Position numbers and translations under genes: made by a program
Source of the DNA: an uncultured Methanosarcinales archaeon
GTDB taxonomy: Archaea > Nanobdellota > Nanobdellia > Woesearchaeales > CAIVOO01
DNA: 20,000 nucleotides
Assembly: GCA_964485195.1 (NCBI GenBank)
Contig: CAZAIK010000001.1
Span: 184,573 to 204,572 of the forward strand
Reading direction: 5' to 3'
Shown: in pieces, positions 18,401 through 20,000 of the stretch
Layout: every line of letters starts with the position of its first letter
Position numbering within the stretch: position 1 is the stretch's first letter
Notes under the pieces: model-generated
Database searches by the model: none
What the model saw: only the letters and a program-made list of their open reading frames with translations
What the model was told of the DNA's origin: nothing

Positions 18401-19518
18401 CCTGCTGGCACATTCCTTCCCTTGACCCAGAAGGACACTCTGAAGTTGCCGGCAGGAATTGTTGGCATGATTAGTGCTGATTGCCCGTTTTGCCTTCCTT
18501 GATGAACGAAATCCTGTCTCAAGAGGGAATTACTCTCATTGCTGGGCACTATCAGGAAGCTCTGCTCCCCTGAATGTGCAACATCCTTAACACGCCTGCA
18601 CCAGCTGCTGTACTGGCAGCTCTCTCCTGATGTTTCCCAGACCTGAAGGTTCTGTTCATTTGTTTTTGCCTCAAATCCAGGGTCTATGAAGTCATCGTCA
18701 CCGCAGCACTTGTAATCGCCAACTATTGTTCCCTTGCAGTCTGCCAGCTTTTTGTTCAGTTCATAAACAAGGCATTCTGTGGTGCTGTTGAACCCGCCCT
18801 TGACGTTTCTTGACTCACAGTCCAGCCCTGTCCTCCTGCACCCGTAAGGATTGTCGCAGGTGTCGTGAAAGTTCCAGAATCCCGGGGTGTAGTCTGAAGA
18901 TGAGGCGTTCAGAAGAACAAAAGGGTCTTCCACAAAGCGTATTAGCGAAACATCAGGGGTTTCCTCTGCAGGAAGTATGTTGAAGTAAGACCACATCTTG
19001 TCAAGGTCCAGTATTAAGTCGTCCTGGGTTGTGTTGCCAAAAAAAATTGTTTCTGATTGTAGAGTGCAAGAATCATAGCATTCACCGTCGCAATCATACT
19101 CACCATAAACAGGGTCATTGAAGTAGTCATAAGAGAGTATGCAATCTGTTGCTGTGCAGCTATCCTCCTCGTAGCGTGTACCATCACAATCCCAGTAGTA
19201 ATTATCTTCTGATGGTATCTCAAAATTCAGGTCATCCCTCTCATAATAAATGTCCCCAAGCCTTTTCCCTGACTGGTCTAATGGAGACACAGTAACCTGG
19301 AATCCGCACCCAGAGGTGCCTCCTCTTAATGCCTCTGCAAGCTGGTCCAGGTCGCCTATTTCAAAGCCGTCTTCAGGGGAAAGCTTTCCTGTGGAGTAAT
19401 TGCACACCACATTCACGGGAAGGTTATGTGCTGATAAAACAGAAGAGGCAGCCAATATGGAGGTGAGGGTTACTAAAAACAGGAATACAGCTATTTTTGT
19501 CGCGCTTACATTCGCCAC
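12490..19518 (-). CDS. Giant secreted protein (2342 aa): signal peptide, Cys-rich regions, two carbohydrate-binding-module-like domains, PKD, cadherin-like and Ig-like domains
   Basis: Uninterrupted 7-kb ORF with a GTG start and the signal peptide KIAVFLFLVTLTSILAASSVLSA. CBM-like motifs are FIDPGFE..AHSGEQS..FRVSFWVKG..GTYDWKHV..LWIDDVHL and NWTDTLNLEFYI..GKWMRVVIPV..IDRIHL. PKD motifs are VDFDDGT..HTFEEGGNY and LDWGDGT..HEYQVIGEY. Cadherin-like linkers are VNTPP and VNDAP. No C-terminal TM anchor is visible. Confidence 0.93.
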   Translation of the reverse strand: MANVSATKIAVFLFLVTLTSILAASSVLSAHNLPVNVVCNYSTGKLSPEDGFEIGDLDQLAEALRGGTSGCGFQVTVSPLDQSGKRLGDIYYERDDLNFEIPSEDNYYWDCDGTRYEEDSCTATDCILSYDYFNDPVYGEYDCDGECYDSCTLQSETIFFGNTTQDDLILDLDKMWSYFNILPAEETPDVSLIRFVEDPFVLLNASSSDYTPGFWNFHDTCDNPYGCRRTGLDCESRNVKGGFNSTTECLVYELNKKLADCKGTIVGDYKCCGDDDFIDPGFEAKTNEQNLQVWETSGESCQYSSWCRRVKDVAHSGEQSFLIVPSNESNSLLRQDFVHQGRQNGQSALIMPTIPAGNFRVSFWVKGRNVPAGSYALLNKTATPVSTSIPEGTYDWKHVQIPMTLPGPQQLRYFEIVVPSLPNPEDVGKSRLWIDDVHLIHESRAFVDYGKIHRDTTGEDTPWFCYHNNTQWSWLNPAEEDFKIKPINGFNVISNSLGWHACNASGSASLAYESASDISFTQNLRTLSYEAPIGIPTLITPEELEGEVSNYGVGPNTALIPDNQFEPGISLWDIQPSEAPAHCYNELTDEGESDVDCGDGCAKCWDGQKCSTDDDCISGICRDDGTGTLRCAGEIPDLDQAGWLAQRFICSDMDGISEYTECCGYSLGLCKNEDLGSQTRRAGNPLYDIFEFPKDNSNINYALAIGMPLQIPQDYYHYPFIIENADNPLYNWTDTLNLEFYIAYAIAPEQKYLRLLVSDYAPSSQFTETSLQDYLNEDIPGKVLFDGYVDDYVTGQIQAGKWMRVVIPVEDGEIIPSNSTRILVLYADKEDVPQRLMTHEVFGTLRLRNALAIDRIHLGPGGNVNNQYRRYCAKYPQEDVGYWVSEMDQNDSDVSGFPVGKGVCENTPGFGWTGNACCGDDLASTSLLRLQESGVVAESYADTLHGCVKGFTVRNNSVMNLSYANPAGGPGSASLLYFNGLFYTCKSKDKADAIKAELEYGGSSTGRPYSLDYSDALDSVEGECDVKGSWYCDFDKVWKNTSAIPGETINFSVHIPFDANAKACCPENWCFYGNVSAPKSCVPSQADIFQYEEQEGLPYFFNSSKKYGRVYGNNEYYRCINGNWRPAVLKWNPENTDKGYCPQIDQCYLGPEKGCVDTGYFEGDDYCEKGNWSSRTKLVARQLLDILEEKRAAITGYDFKRGTIYCDDFDEVLAQVDYKDIELSEKTVRELIEGPSEGCPGTDGLPCANNFCALSLVDLDGNEEVYIGTSTNIPLNTETEYSLLRLFPEAKGSAGGAHNIYCDGAIQQSSITKNYTGCDDYDFVEAGNANIWVDNKTQTVIYSRDAFDISNTVTTSDVFNMMIRHPLRTIFRWARLFLVGEVETIRGTEQFLENIADLRKLYISMASNKEIRGAVERKAGTGGLQRNIMTVGYKNVEENLCHSNETIEALRLEDIGSTASCNVRINSTEVWQNLYAENIIYWKDLTVNTRLQGTYTPEGAESSVGIQGPAATAAGEPASYLVTVYPAEEEEIIATSVDFDDGTAVSISGVPPGNAKVITHTFEEGGNYKVVAGILTSDFKISTDDVTTTNLPPITENYNMMENTTLEPTSLLIDLSSDYSGFAESISIVGAETDAWLGCNKIDDFEINCTPAVNQNGVGKLTIDINTEAGTLQKILEITVHPVNTPPEFTAIPEQESPEDQAPESSWSVNLADYVYDVETADASLIFESEPATDGDEALLAGFGCGISNQVFSCSDYIEDYTGTFRARITVGDTGDLPGSYNDQKTATQKLNITITNVNDAPEWKKDPQGNILFPEELIMGWGSTRELKVEDYVSDIDDAPENLTIQCTFIDTFTDVQTTQITFSEGKLFITSSDIDDIDNYECYGEDDDGETTDSVQLKINVTKDRVPPELSLVEPFAEFVNEGEILEVNLTVEDTEEPDTFTFNYSLISPSVPYITRDIRDWTNITKWQEYNATFLWNTSHRIYTDNPVTEMPPANEEYVFKFNVTDINAILDEVTQGFMLNRRPAANISLGLYITFTNGIIQVYNGSFVIYFNASDYDNLSTCRLDWGDGTITSYDCANTDFFEVNGTNIQFHEYQVIGEYNISINATDTKGASSGIWENNELKPIQLSAYYPDATPPTTEITSLEVSGNTLTLDYAVQDNLSYCGYFTDKSVSDVEQQVLINFDKDWSRIDCTGASQSGSVSVSFSDEGYHQIVFFSADTMGRVNFSEPQMFVIDITDPVIEEILPDSDITIGGTSTTATISVEVTDNVGVQHIMYELTDSAGASVADKEQTYSNITPAVLQGSATLNAGETYTLTAEATDAGDNTVTDSRTFSVTQT

Positions 19519-19543
19519 TTTTAAAAAACCAAAGAGGTTTGCC

Positions 19544-19560
19544 TTTATAAAAGTTTCGCA
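19544..19560 (-). promoter_or_regulatory. Putative BRE + TATA promoter of the giant-protein operon
   Basis: The minus strand reads TGCGAAAC-TTTTATAAA: a purine-rich BRE-like element followed by TATA 26-33 nt upstream of GTG 19518. Confidence 0.65.
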
Positions 19561-19594
19561 CTCAATTTAAAGCCCGGGCAGTCTTTTTTGTGCT

Positions 19595-19630
19595 CAAAAA
19601 GTTTTTAAGATAGGATAAAAACAGGAGGGT
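19595..19630 (+). promoter_or_regulatory. Putative BRE/TATA (CAAAAAG-TTTTTAAG) and Shine-Dalgarno (GGAGG 19624-19628) for the peptidase gene
   Basis: TTTTTAAG at 19602-19609 is preceded by an A-rich tract. GGAGG lies immediately before ATG 19631, with unusually short spacing. Confidence 0.5.
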
Positions 19631-20000
19631 ATGCTGAAGATTTATTACTTTCTGCCTGTAATCATTTTTTTGGGAGTCATAACATCTTATGAGGATGTAA
19701 AGAAGGGAAAAATCAGGAACAAGTGGCTTCTTTTGTCACTTGGCCTGGCATTAACTCTTCATCTCATTCTTTTCCTGCAGGGCCTTTCAGGAAATCAGGA
19801 AATGCTGCTCTTGCTTTCCAATTTTGCAATTTCAATAATATTTGCCTTTGCCCTGTGGAACTTCAATTTCTGGAGCGCAGGTGACGGCAAGCTGTTCATA
19901 ACATACTCTGCCCTGATTCCGGTGGGATTTTACTCAAGCCCCTTTGTCAGCTTTTTCCCCTCATTTAATTTGTTTATTAATGTTATAGTGCCTTTTTTTG
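19631..20000 (+). CDS. Prepilin/prearchaellin peptidase, family A24 (FlaK/PibD/EppA-like GxGD aspartyl protease), partial
   Basis: Manual translation: MLKIYYFLPVIIFLGVITSYEDVKKGKIRNKWLLLSLGLALTLHLILFLQGLSGNQEMLLLLSNFAISIIFAFALWNFNFWSAGDGKLFITYSALIPVGFYSSPFVSFFPSFNLFINVIVPF. It has multiple TM helices, the first catalytic Asp22 (SYED..K..I.N) and Asp85 in SAGDGKL. The frame is open to the window end and is not in the ORF track. Confidence 0.88.
   Translation, partial: MLKIYYFLPVIIFLGVITSYEDVKKGKIRNKWLLLSLGLALTLHLILFLQGLSGNQEMLLLLSNFAISIIFAFALWNFNFWSAGDGKLFITYSALIPVGFYSSPFVSFFPSFNLFINVIVPFF

Noticed and set aside
560..19223. Dozens of 60-143 aa ORFs in the track on the + strand or alternative - frames
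   Set aside because: They are antisense or off-frame shadows of long minus-strand genes and show no recognisable motifs or start signals.
19585..19600. Inverted repeat TTTTTG-TGCT-CAAAAA in the divergent promoter as an operator
   Set aside because: It is only 6 bp, low in complexity, and has no second copy in the window.
1..20000. CRISPR array, DGR template/variable repeats, transposon ends, tRNA/rRNA, or stop-codon recoding
   Set aside because: I saw no nucleotide-level repeats, RT, transposase or RNA gene signatures by eye, and the long ORFs read through without internal stops. A self dot-plot and tRNAscan would be needed to exclude subtle cases.

Overview
Archaeal-type surface-structure locus, most likely from a DPANN archaeon such as Woesearchaeota. 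The lineage is inferred from protein motifs and TATA/BRE promoters, not from a database search. Five minus-strand genes, in transcription order, are: a 2342-aa secreted Cys-rich multidomain protein (12490-19518); a 164-aa pilin-like protein (11996-12490); a pilin-like protein fused to PKD/Ig domains (~9960-11960); a ~1050-aa KKGQ pilin-like protein that the ORF track splits at a scaffold gap (6524-9687); and a >2136-aa secreted multidomain protein that runs off the left edge and is absent from the ORF track (<1-6409). A divergently transcribed A24 (FlaK/PibD/EppA-type) prepilin peptidase starts at 19631 and runs off the right edge; it is also absent from the track. Four of the minus-strand genes carry the same TTTATAAA box 23-38 nt upstream of their starts. 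Two 100-N placeholder gaps interrupt genes. I saw no RNA genes, mobile elements or CRISPR arrays. The best candidate for an undescribed system is a pilin-anchored giant-adhesin (possible host-attachment) apparatus with its own processing peptidase.
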